A DNA stretch of 64,000 nucleotides from an uncultured Chloroflexia bacterium (GTDB lineage Bacteria; Chloroflexota; Dehalococcoidia; UBA2979), in contig CAVSIV010000006.1 in NCBI GenBank assembly GCA_963728205.1, forward strand, positions 864,001-928,000, in the 5' to 3' direction. Made by a program: the position numbers and the translations under genes. Positions 8,778 through 19,424 of the stretch are shown here, piece after piece. Under the pieces are notes generated by a model, which was not told where the DNA came from, did not search any database, and saw only the letters and a list, made by a program, of their open reading frames with translations. Every line of letters begins with the position of its first letter. The stretch's first letter is position 1.

Positions 8778-9854
8778 GTGCGGCTTATCGTCACCATTCC
8801 CGCGAAGGACGAGAGCGAGAACATCGCGGAGGTGATCCGCGAGATCCCCCGCACCATCCCGGGCGTGTCGTCCGTGAGCGTGCTCGTCGTCGACGACGGC
8901 TCGGGAGACGGCACTGCCGACGTCGCGATGCGCGCCGGGGCAGACCGCGTCGTCCGCAACAAGCGGAACATGGGGCTCGCCTACAGCTTTCAGCGCGCGC
9001 TCGGCGAGGCGCTGGGCATGGGCGCCGACGTCATCGTCAACACCGACGGCGACAACCACTACGACCAGGCGGCGATCCCGCGGCTGGTTGCGCCCGTCGT
9101 GGCCGGCGAGGCCGACATCGTGATCGGCAGCCGCGTGCTCGACGACGTCGACATGCCGATGGCGAACCGCTACGGCAACCGCCTCGCAAACGCGGTGATG
9201 CAGCGCCTTCTCGCGCTGCCCGGGGTCGACGTCTCGACGGGCTTCCGGGCGTACTCGCGCGAGGCGGCGCTGCGCCTCGTGGTGATGTCTCGCCACACGT
9301 ACACCCACGAGTCGCTGCTCTCCGCGATCGATCAGCAGCTCGTGATCGCGAACCTGCCGATTCCCGCGCGCACGGTCAGTCGCCCGTCGCGCCTGATCAG
9401 CAGCGTGCCCCGCCACATCTACCGCGCGGGCACCACGATCCTGCGCTCGTTCCTGCTGTACCGGCCGCTCGCGGTCTTCCTGCTCGTCGGCGCGCTGCTG
9501 GTTGGCGCGAGCGGGTTGCTCGGCCTGCGCTTCGCCGGGCACTGGCTTGCCGGCGACGGCAGCGGACATGTCCAGTCGCTGCTCCTCGCGCTCGGGCTGC
9601 TCTACACCGGGGGCCAGGTGATCCTCCTCGGGCTCCTGGCGGATGCGCTGCGCGCCAACCGCGTGGTCGCGCAGGAAGTGCTGCGCAATACCCGTCTCAT
9701 GGTCGCGGGCGAGCACCGGACCGCCCTCCGGGCGCGGGCGAATGCCGCCCGCGCGAACGGCGCGTCCGCGAACGGCGCACCCGTCGCCGGTGAGGCGATT
9801 GCCGAGGCGGCCATCGCGCTCTCTGCGCGGAACCTTCGTGCGCCCCGACCGTAG
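8778..9854 (+). CDS. GT2 glycosyltransferase, polyprenol-phosphate sugar synthase (DPM1-like) with C-terminal TMs
   Basis: IPAKDE, VVDDGSGDGT, DGDNHY, IVIGSR, DVSTGFRAYSRE; two C-terminal TM helices. Confidence 0.9.
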   Translation: MRLIVTIPAKDESENIAEVIREIPRTIPGVSSVSVLVVDDGSGDGTADVAMRAGADRVVRNKRNMGLAYSFQRALGEALGMGADVIVNTDGDNHYDQAAIPRLVAPVVAGEADIVIGSRVLDDVDMPMANRYGNRLANAVMQRLLALPGVDVSTGFRAYSREAALRLVVMSRHTYTHESLLSAIDQQLVIANLPIPARTVSRPSRLISSVPRHIYRAGTTILRSFLLYRPLAVFLLVGALLVGASGLLGLRFAGHWLAGDGSGHVQSLLLALGLLYTGGQVILLGLLADALRANRVVAQEVLRNTRLMVAGEHRTALRARANAARANGASANGAPVAGEAIAEAAIALSARNLRAPRP

Positions 9855-9987
9855 CGTCGCGCCGGCGGACCGGCGCGACGCGCTCGGCGAAGCGGCGGGC
9901 GCGCCCGATGGTGCCCGCGCGCCGCGCGCCGCCGCGGCGGTGTGGGTCGACCGGCGCGTCTCGTTGATCGCGGCAGCGCGCGGCGGC

Positions 9988-12102
9988 ATGCCCGCCCCTG
10001 CCGGCGCACACGGGCGGGGCAAGCCGCCGTGGCACGTGCTCCGCGCGGCGCGGACGGGCACGACGGCGCCCGCCATCGGCGCGGCGGTGCTCGTCAGCGC
10101 CGCGCTCGCCGCCTGGATGGCTCCCGCCGCCGCCGCGAGGACCGGCGCGCTCGCCGCCGCGGCGGCCGGCGCGGGACTCGCCCTCCTGGGCGCAAGCGAC
10201 GTCCGGCCACCGTCGGTGCTGACGGCCGGCGCGCTCGCCCTCGTGACCGCGGGCGCGACGCTCACGCTCGGCGCGCTCGCGCTCGCGATCGCGCGACTGC
10301 CGATCGCGCCCGCCACCGTGCTCGCGATCGCCGCGCTCCCGGTGGTCGCCGCCGTCGCCGTCCACCGGCGCGGCCGAGCGCATGCCGCCGATCGCGCGGC
10401 GCCCGCATCGCAGTCCGACACCGCGTCACCCGACGGCGGCGAGCTGCCATCCAGGGCTCAGCTCGTCGTCGCGACGGTCGTCACCGCCGCGGTGGCGCTG
10501 CTGGTCCTCGGGCCGGGACCGGAGGCACTGGCTCTCATCGGTTACGCCGGATTGTTCGCCTGGCGGCTCGGGTTCTCGGGCGGCTCGCTCCGGGGTCGCG
10601 GGTCGGGAGTGGCCGGGGAGCCGGCCACTCCCGACCCGCGCGAGACGCGTCTCCGGCGGCTCGCCGCGCACGCCGACGTGCTCCCCATCGCCCTCGTCGC
10701 GCTCGTGCTCGGGACGCGGCTCGTGCCGTTCCTGCGCTCGGCCGTGCCCCTGGGGTACGACACGGGCCTGTACCGCGCCGTGCAGCGCGACTTCGCCGCC
10801 GCCCTTCCGGCGCTGCCGGCCTTCCCGCCGCACGCGTGGGCCGCCGCGCAGCCCCCGGGGCTGTTCCTGCTCTCCGACCTCCTGCACCTGGCCGGGGTCC
10901 CGGCCGACGCCGCGCTGTGGGGCCTGCTGGTGCTCGCGCAACTCGTCGGCGGCGCCGGGATCTGGCTGCTCGCAAACGACACCGCCGGCCGGCGCGCCGC
11001 CCACTGGGCGCTCGTGCTCTTCGCGCTCTCCACCGTCCAGTACACGATCTTCTACGACGTCTACTTCAAGCAGGTCCTCGCACTGGCGCTGCTCCCATAC
11101 GTCCTGTGGCTGTGGCGCCGCGAGTCCTGGCTCGCGGTGCCGGTCGGCGCGTTCCTCGCCGCCACGCACAACATGAGCTTCCTGCTGCTGGGGCTCGTCC
11201 TGCTCTCCGACACCCTCTGGCTCGAGCGCCATCCCGGGGGGCCGCGCGCGGCCGTCCGGGCGCTGCTCGCCCGCCGCTACCAGCTGGTCGCGGGCGGCTG
11301 CGTGCTGGTGCTCGGACTCGCGGGCTACGCCTTCGCGCCCCGCGCGATCGGCGACTTTCTCTCACCCGACGTCGCAGCGACGCTCGCCCGCTTCGGCGTG
11401 GGCGCACAGGCGTCCGCCGGCAGCCTGCGCGTCGACCCCCGTTACTACGTCGCGCTCGTCCTGCCGCTCGTCCCGTTCGCCGCCCTCGCATGCGCCGCGC
11501 GCTGGCGAAACGCGCGGCTGCGACTCGTGCTGCTGTGGGCGGCGTGGGCCGGCGTGTTCGCGTTCGGCAACCTGATCTTCGCGCGCCGGTTCATCGCCTC
11601 GTTCGATCCGGCGTTCGTGATGCTCGCCGCGGTCGCCCTGGGCGCCCTCACCGCCGGGCCGCTCGCCGGTGCCGCACGGCCGTTCGCGGCGATCGCCGTG
11701 CTGAGCGCGGTGCTGCTGCTCGGCCGCACCATGCGCGACCTGCGCCCGGCGATCGCGATCGACGACCTCCGCGACCTGCAGACGGCGAGCCATGCGATCC
11801 CGGCCGATGCCTACCTGATGTCGATCGAGGGATCTGATTCCGCGTGGGTGCGCGGGTACGGGGCGCACGACACGATCGCGCCCGGGCTCCTGGGCTACGA
11901 CCGCTGGTCCGAGAGCCAGTGGGCCACCTTCTGGGCACCGCCATCGCCCGACGCGCGCTACGCGCTGCTCGCGATGTACGACCACCCGATCTACGTCTTC
12001 ATGCGGGCCGACCGAACCAACCCCGGCATCGTCGAGGACCCGCGGTTCGAGCGCGTGACGCGGACTCTCTGGCGGTACGTCCCGCCGGTGGGACAGCGAT
12101 GA
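9988..12102 (+). CDS. Multi-pass membrane protein, putative GT-C-fold glycosyltransferase (start uncertain)
   Basis: Many TM segments; PLGYDTGLY loop after a TM; YFKQ; small C-terminal soluble domain. Confidence 0.65.
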   Translation: MPAPAGAHGRGKPPWHVLRAARTGTTAPAIGAAVLVSAALAAWMAPAAAARTGALAAAAAGAGLALLGASDVRPPSVLTAGALALVTAGATLTLGALALAIARLPIAPATVLAIAALPVVAAVAVHRRGRAHAADRAAPASQSDTASPDGGELPSRAQLVVATVVTAAVALLVLGPGPEALALIGYAGLFAWRLGFSGGSLRGRGSGVAGEPATPDPRETRLRRLAAHADVLPIALVALVLGTRLVPFLRSAVPLGYDTGLYRAVQRDFAAALPALPAFPPHAWAAAQPPGLFLLSDLLHLAGVPADAALWGLLVLAQLVGGAGIWLLANDTAGRRAAHWALVLFALSTVQYTIFYDVYFKQVLALALLPYVLWLWRRESWLAVPVGAFLAATHNMSFLLLGLVLLSDTLWLERHPGGPRAAVRALLARRYQLVAGGCVLVLGLAGYAFAPRAIGDFLSPDVAATLARFGVGAQASAGSLRVDPRYYVALVLPLVPFAALACAARWRNARLRLVLLWAAWAGVFAFGNLIFARRFIASFDPAFVMLAAVALGALTAGPLAGAARPFAAIAVLSAVLLLGRTMRDLRPAIAIDDLRDLQTASHAIPADAYLMSIEGSDSAWVRGYGAHDTIAPGLLGYDRWSESQWATFWAPPSPDARYALLAMYDHPIYVFMRADRTNPGIVEDPRFERVTRTLWRYVPPVGQR

Positions 12103-12163
12103 CACGCGCACGCAAGGGCCGGTGCAGCGGGCGCGACCCCGTCGTCGCGTGCGAAGGAGCAGC

Positions 12164-13552
12164 ATGATGCGCATCGCCGTCGTGGGACAGGGATACGTGG
12201 GCGTAACCGCCGCCGCGTGCCTCGCCGAGGCAGGGCACCACGTGGTCGGGATCGAGAGCGATCTCGGTCGCCTGCGGCTGCTCCGGCACGGGCGGCCGCC
12301 GGTGTACGAGCCGGGGCTCGCGGAGCTGCTCGGCGCTACGATGCGCTCCGGGCGCCTGACCTTCCGGGCGTCGCTCTCCGGCATCGCCGTTCCCATGGAC
12401 GCCGCGATCATCGCGGTCGGCTCGCCGCCGCTGCCCTCGGGCGGCGCCGACCTGCGCCAGGTGACCACCGCCATCGCGGACGTGGCCGCGATGCGCCCGG
12501 CACCCCGACTGATCCTCGTGAAGAGCACGGTGCCGCCCGGGACGAGCGAACGGCTGCTCGCGGAAGCGGACCCCGCGCTGGACCTCGCGCGACGGTACGT
12601 CGTCAGTCCCGAGTTCCTCGCCCTCGGGTCCGCGCTACGCGACTGGCGCACGCCCAGCCGCATCGTGGTCGGGCTGCACGAGCAAGCGCTGATGCCTGAG
12701 CTGCGTGAGCTGTACCGCGGCATCGATGCCCCGTGGGTGGTGACCGACCCGACCACGGCAGAGATGGCGAAGTACGCCAGCAACGCCTTTCTTGCGACCA
12801 AGATCAGCTTCATGAACGAGATCGCGAACCTCTGCGAGGAGGTAGGCGGGAACGTCGACGACGTCGCGTTCGGGATGTCGCTCGACCCCCGCATCGGCCG
12901 CGGCTACCTGCGGCCGGGCGTCGGCTACGGAGGGTCGTGCTTCCCCAAGGACACACGGGCGCTCGCGCACCTCTCGAACCTCGCCGGCCACGCGATGCCG
13001 CTGCTCGACGCGGTGATCACGGTGAACAACGCGCAGCGCCTGCGGGTCGTGCGCGCGGTGCGCGCGGGTCTGCGCGAGCCGGGGGGCGTGGTCGCCGTGC
13101 TGGGCCTCGCCTTCAAGCCGGGGACCGACGACGTGCGCGAAGCGCCGAGCCTCACGGTCATCCCGGAGCTCGCCTCGCTCGGCTTCGACGTGCGCGCGTG
13201 GGATCCGGTGGTGGACCCGAGGGCGGCGGCACGCGCCCTCCCCGGCATCGCACGCGCCGAGACGCTCGAGGCGGCGCTCGCCGGGGCCTCCGCGGCGGTC
13301 GTGCTCACCGAGTGGCAGGAGATCCGGGACGCTCCATGGGAACAGCTGGTCCCGACCATGCGGCCGCCCCGCCTGGTCGTCGACGGGCGCAATTGCCTGG
13401 ACGCCGCGCGGCTGCGCGCGCTGACCGATGCGTATCGCGGCGTCGGCCGGTCCGCGCCGCACCCCGTGCGCGCGACGGACCGCGCCGCTCGCGCCGGCAC
13501 GCAGGCACGCGGGCGCACGGCAAACGCCCTCGTCGCGGCGCTCGGCGACTGA
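12164..13552 (+). CDS. ugd: UDP-glucose 6-dehydrogenase family
   Basis: VVGQGYVG, KSTVPPGT, PEFL, AEMAKYASNAFLATKISFMNEIA, GYGGSCFPKDT, LAFKPGTDDVRE. Confidence 0.93.
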   Translation: MMRIAVVGQGYVGVTAAACLAEAGHHVVGIESDLGRLRLLRHGRPPVYEPGLAELLGATMRSGRLTFRASLSGIAVPMDAAIIAVGSPPLPSGGADLRQVTTAIADVAAMRPAPRLILVKSTVPPGTSERLLAEADPALDLARRYVVSPEFLALGSALRDWRTPSRIVVGLHEQALMPELRELYRGIDAPWVVTDPTTAEMAKYASNAFLATKISFMNEIANLCEEVGGNVDDVAFGMSLDPRIGRGYLRPGVGYGGSCFPKDTRALAHLSNLAGHAMPLLDAVITVNNAQRLRVVRAVRAGLREPGGVVAVLGLAFKPGTDDVREAPSLTVIPELASLGFDVRAWDPVVDPRAAARALPGIARAETLEAALAGASAAVVLTEWQEIRDAPWEQLVPTMRPPRLVVDGRNCLDAARLRALTDAYRGVGRSAPHPVRATDRAARAGTQARGRTANALVAALGD

Positions 13553-13572
13553 CGAGCGACGTGGAGCACGCC

Positions 13573-15762
13573 ATGACGAGCAAGCCGGTCGCCAATCGCC
13601 GAGCGTCCGCACCGGCGTCCACGCCGGTCGGTGTGACGCTGCTCGGCCCGCTGCCTCCGCTGCGGGCAATCAGCGCCTACACGGGGGCGCTGGTCGCCGC
13701 CCTGGCCGCGCATCCCGACGTCGCCCTCGACGTGGTCTCGTTCGGGGATCTCTACCCCACCGCGCTCTATCCGGGCGGAGAGCCCGTCAATCGGGACGCG
13801 CGCCCCTATGCGCCTCCTCCCGGTGTCCGGCTGCGGCGCCGGCTCCACTGGTGGAACCCGCTGGGCTGGATTCTGTCCGGCTGCACGGCGCGCGGGAGCA
13901 TCCTCCATGCGCAGTGGTGGACGTACGCGCTCGCCCCGCTCTACCTCGTCGTGCTGGCCCTCGCGCGACTGCGCGGGAAGCGCGTGATCCTCACCGTGCA
14001 CAACGTGAAGCCGCACGAAGGTGGACGGCTCCGTGCGTGGCTGCACCGCTGCGTCCTGCCGCTCGCACACGTCGTGATCGTGCACTCGGAGGCGAATCGC
14101 GCGGCGATGGCGCGGCTCACCCGCGCCCCGGTGTGCGTCGTGCCGCACGGATCGCTGACGCTGCGCTCCGACCTCGCGGGCTATGTGCGCGACCAGCGCG
14201 CGGCCGCGCGCGGGCGGCTGGGGCTCCCGGCCGACGCCGAGGTCGTGCTGCTCTTCGGCCACCTCCGCCCCTACAAGGGGCTGGACGTGCTCCTCGACGC
14301 GTTCTGCGGCGTGCGGGCGCGCCGGCCGCATGCGCGGCTGCTCGTCGTCGGGCAGGACTGGGGGACCGCCGGAGCCGCCGAAGCGCACATCGCGGCGCTC
14401 GGGCTCGCGGACGCGGTGACGCTTCGGCTCGGCTTCGCAAGCGACAATCGGCTCGCCGACGCACTGGCGGCCAGCGACGTCGTCGCCTTCCCGTACACGC
14501 ACTTCGACGGCCAGAGCGGCGCCGCGAGCCTGGCGATCGCGGCGGGCCTGCCGCTGGTCGTATCCCGGCTCGGGGGCCTGCCCGACCTCGTCGACGAGCC
14601 CGCGGTCGTGGTCGAGCCCGGGTCGGATCGCGACCTCGCGCGCGCCCTCGTCCGGGTGCTCGCGGACGACGCGCTGCGCGAACGGCTGCGCGCGGCCGCG
14701 CTCACCCGCGCCGCGGCGCTCGGCTGGGACGGCGTCGCGGAGCGCACGGTCGCGGTCTACGCGGAGGCCGTCGCGCCGCGAGCCGGCCGCGCCCGCCGCT
14801 TCCCGGTGCGGTTGCAGCTGCGCGCGCTGATCCCGCTGCTGGTCAGCGCCGTCGCGTTCGCGGCCATCGCGATCGGCGGCGTGGACGTGGCGCGGAGCGC
14901 GCACTACCTGGTCGCCGCGAATCCGTCCCTCCTGGTCGCGGCGGGCCTGGCCGTGATCGCGATGCGGGTGCTGCGCGCGTGGCGATGGGGGTTGCTCTTC
15001 CCGGTCGGCGGCCTGCCGCGTCCGCCGCTCGGCCGGCAGATCGGCCTCGTGCTCGTATCGGACTCCGTCAACAGCGTGCTGCCGCGCGCGGCCACGACGG
15101 CCGGCCGCGCGTGGCTGGGCAGCTACGTGCATGCCGCGCCGCTCGCCCGCGTGGCGGTGACGATCGCGGTCGAGCTCGCGCTGGACCTGGCGACCGCCGT
15201 CGCGCTGCTCGGCGTCGTGCTGCCGTTCCTGGTCATCGACGGCCGCGCGCCGGCGGCGGCGATCGCGGTCTGTGGGAGCGCCGCCGCGATCGCCCTCATC
15301 CGGATGGTCGCGCGCACCCGTCCGCGGCTGCCCGCCAGGCTCCCCGGCCCGGTGGCGCCCGTCGCTCACCGCCTCCGCGCGGCGCTGACGCCGGCGCCTC
15401 AATCGGGCGCGAGCATGCGCGCGGCGATGGTCGCGAGCGTCGCCGTCCACCTGGCGCGCGTGGCGGCGTTTCTCCTCGTCGCCGCCGCGCTCGGCGGATT
15501 GCCCCGATCCGGCGTGGCGCTGGCGGCCATCGCGTCCGCACCGAGCCAGCTGGTGCCGTTCACGTTCGGCGGCCTGGGCGTGCGCGAGGCGATCCTGATT
15601 GCCGTGCTCTCCCGCTTCGGAGTGGCGCCGGAGGTAAGCGTCGCGCTCGGCCTCACCGTGTTTCTCGTCTCATCGGGCTCGGCGCTCCTCGGGATCGTCG
15701 CCGTGCCGTTCATGTGGAAGGCACGCGTCCGCGAGCCCGGGCTCGAAAGCGAGGCGGCATGA
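13573..15762 (+). CDS. GT4 glycosyltransferase fused to LPG-synthase-TM (flippase-like) domain
   Basis: TVHNVKPHE, FGHLRPYKG, QSGA; C-half RAWRW..L, P.T.GGLGVREA typical of LPG_synthase_TM/AglD2-type flippases. Confidence 0.85.
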   Translation: MTSKPVANRRASAPASTPVGVTLLGPLPPLRAISAYTGALVAALAAHPDVALDVVSFGDLYPTALYPGGEPVNRDARPYAPPPGVRLRRRLHWWNPLGWILSGCTARGSILHAQWWTYALAPLYLVVLALARLRGKRVILTVHNVKPHEGGRLRAWLHRCVLPLAHVVIVHSEANRAAMARLTRAPVCVVPHGSLTLRSDLAGYVRDQRAAARGRLGLPADAEVVLLFGHLRPYKGLDVLLDAFCGVRARRPHARLLVVGQDWGTAGAAEAHIAALGLADAVTLRLGFASDNRLADALAASDVVAFPYTHFDGQSGAASLAIAAGLPLVVSRLGGLPDLVDEPAVVVEPGSDRDLARALVRVLADDALRERLRAAALTRAAALGWDGVAERTVAVYAEAVAPRAGRARRFPVRLQLRALIPLLVSAVAFAAIAIGGVDVARSAHYLVAANPSLLVAAGLAVIAMRVLRAWRWGLLFPVGGLPRPPLGRQIGLVLVSDSVNSVLPRAATTAGRAWLGSYVHAAPLARVAVTIAVELALDLATAVALLGVVLPFLVIDGRAPAAAIAVCGSAAAIALIRMVARTRPRLPARLPGPVAPVAHRLRAALTPAPQSGASMRAAMVASVAVHLARVAAFLLVAAALGGLPRSGVALAAIASAPSQLVPFTFGGLGVREAILIAVLSRFGVAPEVSVALGLTVFLVSSGSALLGIVAVPFMWKARVREPGLESEAA

Positions 15763-18624
15763 CCGCCGTTCTCGGTCGCGCCGCGGAGCCGGCGGCCGCG
15801 ACAACGCCGTGGTCGTCGCGGCCGCTCGCGGTCGCGCGGCAACGCCCGCGCGCGATCCTGGCAGGCGCGTGCATCGTCCTCGGCCTCGGCGCGCTCCTGC
15901 TCTACGCCTGGGCGATGGCGTACGGATCGGACGCGGGTGCGCCGACGTTCAACTCCCCGCGCGCGAACAGCAACTTCGTGATCGCGCAGCACGTCGCCGC
16001 CGGCGGCGGCTTCGGGGTCCCGCTGGCCCACTACGGCGAGCTGCCCCCGGAGATCGCGCCCGCGCTCACCCCTCGCGACTCGGCTCGCCTCGGCGATCGC
16101 GTGGTGCCCAAGACGTTCCTCTCCGAGGTGGTGCTCCTCGCCGGCGCGCTGCGCGTCGGGGACTGGGCTGCGCTGCTGCTCACCCCGGTGCTCGGCGCCG
16201 CGGCGGTCGTCGGCGTCTGCGTGCTCGGCTGGTCCGTGGCCGGGCGACGCGGCGTAGGCGCCGCGATCGTCGGCGGCGGCTCGGCGGCGATCTTCGCGGT
16301 CTGGCCGGCGCAGTGGATCGTAGAGAGCCGCGCGTACGAGCCGGGCGACGCGCTCGCCCTGTGCGCGTTCGTCCTCGGCGTCGTCGCGCTGTGGCCGGTG
16401 CTCGCGGGCGAGCGCGTCTCGCCGCGGCGGGCGGCGGCGGTGGGGGCGCTGTTCGGGCTCTCGATCGCGACCCGCTATCCGAACCTGCTGATCACCGCCA
16501 TCCCCCTGTTGCTCCTCCTCCTGTCGCCGGGCACCGCGAGACGGGCGATCGTCTTCGTGGCGGCGTTCGTGCCGCTCGCGGTGCTCGGCCTGCTCGTGCT
16601 GGCGGGCAACCTCGTCGTCTACGGATCGCCGCTGACCACCGGATACGCGCTGGCCGTCGACGAGCTCCGGCAGTCGGTTCCCATCGACTCGGCGGGGTTC
16701 TTCGGCTTCAACCTGCAGGCGTTCGGCCAGTACATGCACGCCTACCTGCTCAACCCGGTGCTGGGCGGCCCGCTCCTCGCCGGCGTCGCCGTGGCCCTGG
16801 TGCTGCTCGTGCGCCGGTGGCGCGAGCCCGACGGCGAGGCCCTCTACGCCGCGATCGCCGTCTGGACGCTGCTGGTGCTGACCGTCGTATACGGCGGCCA
16901 GGAGGCACACGGCGTGGATGGGTTCGTCGTGAACAGCTCGTTCATGCGGTACCTGCTCCCGGCGGCGGCGCTGCTCATCCCGCCGGTCGTCCTCGCGGTC
17001 ACCCGGATGGTGGCGGGCGCGCTGCGGTCGGGACGCGGGCGCGGGATGCTCGCCGCGACGGCGGCGCTCGCCCTGCTCGCGAGCGTCCTGGTGGGGAGCG
17101 TCGAGGTCGCGGTCGGCCAGGCGGGGGGCATCCGGGACCGCCGCGGCGTGGTGAGCCGGCTCGAGCAGGCGCGAACCGAGAATCGTCGCCGCGACCGACG
17201 ACCGCTCGCTCATCATCACCCGCACCTACGACAAGGTGCTCTACCCGCAGCGCGCCGCGCTCGTCGCGACCGCGCTGATCCGCTCCGACACGGCCATCGA
17301 AAAGGGCGCCTCCGTCACGTGGAGGCTCGTCCCCGACGACGAGCAGCTCGCGCTGGACGCCCAGATGATCGACGCGCGGAAGTACCGGCTGTTCCTGCTC
17401 AACGACGGCATCGTCTCCGACGTCGACGCGCTCCAGTCCCGGCTCGCCGCCGAGGGCCTCGTGCTCGAGCGCGTCTCCAGCGCGCCGTCCGTCCACCTCT
17501 ATGAGCTGCGGCCCGCGGCGCTCGCCGGACCCGTCGCAACCGGGACGCTGCCGGGGGACGGCCGCTCTCTCGACACGTGGGAAGCGCCCGACGGCACGCG
17601 CGTCATGGTCGTCGGCCACGACGCATCGCCGCACCTGACCGTGGTTGCGCGCCGGGGAGCCCGGCTCGTCCACGAGGCCGACTACGGGCTGCCGGGCGTC
17701 GCGCGCGGCGTGCAGTCGTGGGTGGCCCCCGACGGCGGACGGCTGGTTGCCGTCGCGCACGTCGGCAGCCCCGACTTCACGCTGCTGCACTGGGACGGGA
17801 CGGCCCTCTCGGAGGTCGCGGCGTTCAACCTGCCCGGCGACGGGCGTGCCGTGGAGACGTGGGAACAGGGGGGCGCCCGCCTGATCGCCGTGGGCCACTA
17901 CCGCAGCCCGGGTCTCACGCTGCTGCGATGGGACGGCCACGCGCTGACGGCCGCCGGAAGCGCAGCGATGCCCGGCATCGTGATCGGCATCGACTCGTGG
18001 GACGCGCGGGACGGCACGCGCCGCCTCGCGGTCACGCACGACGGCGCCCCCTACCTCAGCCTGCTGAGCTGGGATGGGGCGGCCTTTACGCAGCAGCCGT
18101 CCGTCGATCCGCTGCCGGGACCGGGCCGCGGCGTGACGAGCTGGGCGGACGGCGACGCGCGCCTCGTCGCGGTCGGATCCATGGGCGACCCGGCGTTCAC
18201 CCTGCTGCGATGGCGGGGCTCGCAGGCGACGACCCTGGGGACGTTCGCGCTTCCCGGCACCGCGTGGGTGGTCCGCAGCTGGGCGGACGCCGGCGATCGT
18301 GTGATCGCCGTCGGCCACGACGGCAGCCCGCACCTCACGCTGCTGCGATGGGACGGCTCCCGGCTCAGCAGCGACGGCAGCTTCGCGCTGCCGGGCACCG
18401 CGCTGGGGATGCGGACCTGGACCGCGCCGGTGGGTCGGCTGATCGCCGTCGCGCACGAGCGGCCGCCCTACCTCACGCTGGTGCGCGCCGTCGGACCGAA
18501 CGGGCCGGCCGCGCACGCGCAGTCGCCGACCGGGTGCGCGCGCGACGGCCCCTGCGCCCCGATTCCGGCGACGCCGTCGCCGTCCGCATCGATCCAGACC
18601 CGCCCGCAGGAGGAGCCCCGATGA
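15759..18624 (+). CDS. GT-C-like membrane protein with C-terminal beta-propeller repeats; frameshifted at about 17175
   Basis: ATGA-coupled start; multi-TM region with TRYPNL and FMRYLLP; frame switches from EQAR to RIVAATDDRSLIITRTYDK; about 7 repeats of LPG.GR.V.SW...G.RL.AVGH..SP.LTLL.WDG. Confidence 0.7.
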
Positions 18625-19379
18625 TGGAACTGACCGCGCCGCCCCGCGTCGCCGCCCTGAGCAACGAGGACTACGATGCCAGCGCCACCGTGCGCGACAT
18701 GCGCAGCCTCGAGCGCTGCCTCGACTACATCCGCGACCACGCGGACCACCCGCTGAATAGCCTCCTCGACCTCGGCTGCGGCCGCGGCTGGCTGACGCTG
18801 CACGTCGCCTCGCGCCTCGGCATCGAGGCCATGGCCGGCATCGACCGGGACGCCGAGCGGCTGGCCGTCGCCAGCGAGCGGGGCATCCGCGCCTGGAAGC
18901 TCGACCTCGAGCACCACGCCTACCCGGTCGAGATGTGCTCGCAGGACGTCGTCTGCACCTTCGGAATGTTCGAGCACATCGTGTACTACGACCACGTGCT
19001 CAGCGAGGTGCGCCGCGTACTCCGCCCGGGGGGCTGGCTGCTGATCGCGATGCCGAACCTGGGCAGCTACCTGAACCGGCTCTCGTTGCTCGTCGGGGCG
19101 CAGCCACGGAACGTCGAGATCTCGAAGGAAGTCCCGGCCGGCATCATGCGCGCGTACAAGGGCCGGCTGAACGACGACGGCAGACCGATCGGGCACATCC
19201 ACACCGCCACGCTGTCGGCAATGCGCGAGGTGCTCGCCCACCACGGCTTCGACACGCAGGTCGTGCAGAGCTCCAGCCCGGACTTCGGCAGCCGGCTCGT
19301 CCGGATCGCCAATCAGACGCTCGGCCGGTTCCCATCGCTCGCGCGCCGCTACATCATCGTCGCCCGGCGGCGGGACTAG
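18621..19379 (+). CDS. Class I SAM-dependent methyltransferase
   Basis: LLDLGCGRG, FEHI, RRVLRPGGWLLIAMPN; ATGA overlap with upstream gene. Confidence 0.9.
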   Translation: MMELTAPPRVAALSNEDYDASATVRDMRSLERCLDYIRDHADHPLNSLLDLGCGRGWLTLHVASRLGIEAMAGIDRDAERLAVASERGIRAWKLDLEHHAYPVEMCSQDVVCTFGMFEHIVYYDHVLSEVRRVLRPGGWLLIAMPNLGSYLNRLSLLVGAQPRNVEISKEVPAGIMRAYKGRLNDDGRPIGHIHTATLSAMREVLAHHGFDTQVVQSSSPDFGSRLVRIANQTLGRFPSLARRYIIVARRRD

Positions 19380-19424
19380 CGGGGAGGGGCGGCGGCGCTG
19401 CCGGGACGGGTCTGTCCGACGGGG

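Noticed and set aside
17165-17185. Programmed ribosomal frameshift
   Set aside because: No slippery heptamer or homopolymer; other unrelated indels (about 20802, 20858, 37690) point to assembly error.
4181-19424. Mobile genomic island with att sites
   Set aside because: Accessory-looking content, but I found no integrase, transposase, tRNA or flanking direct repeats.
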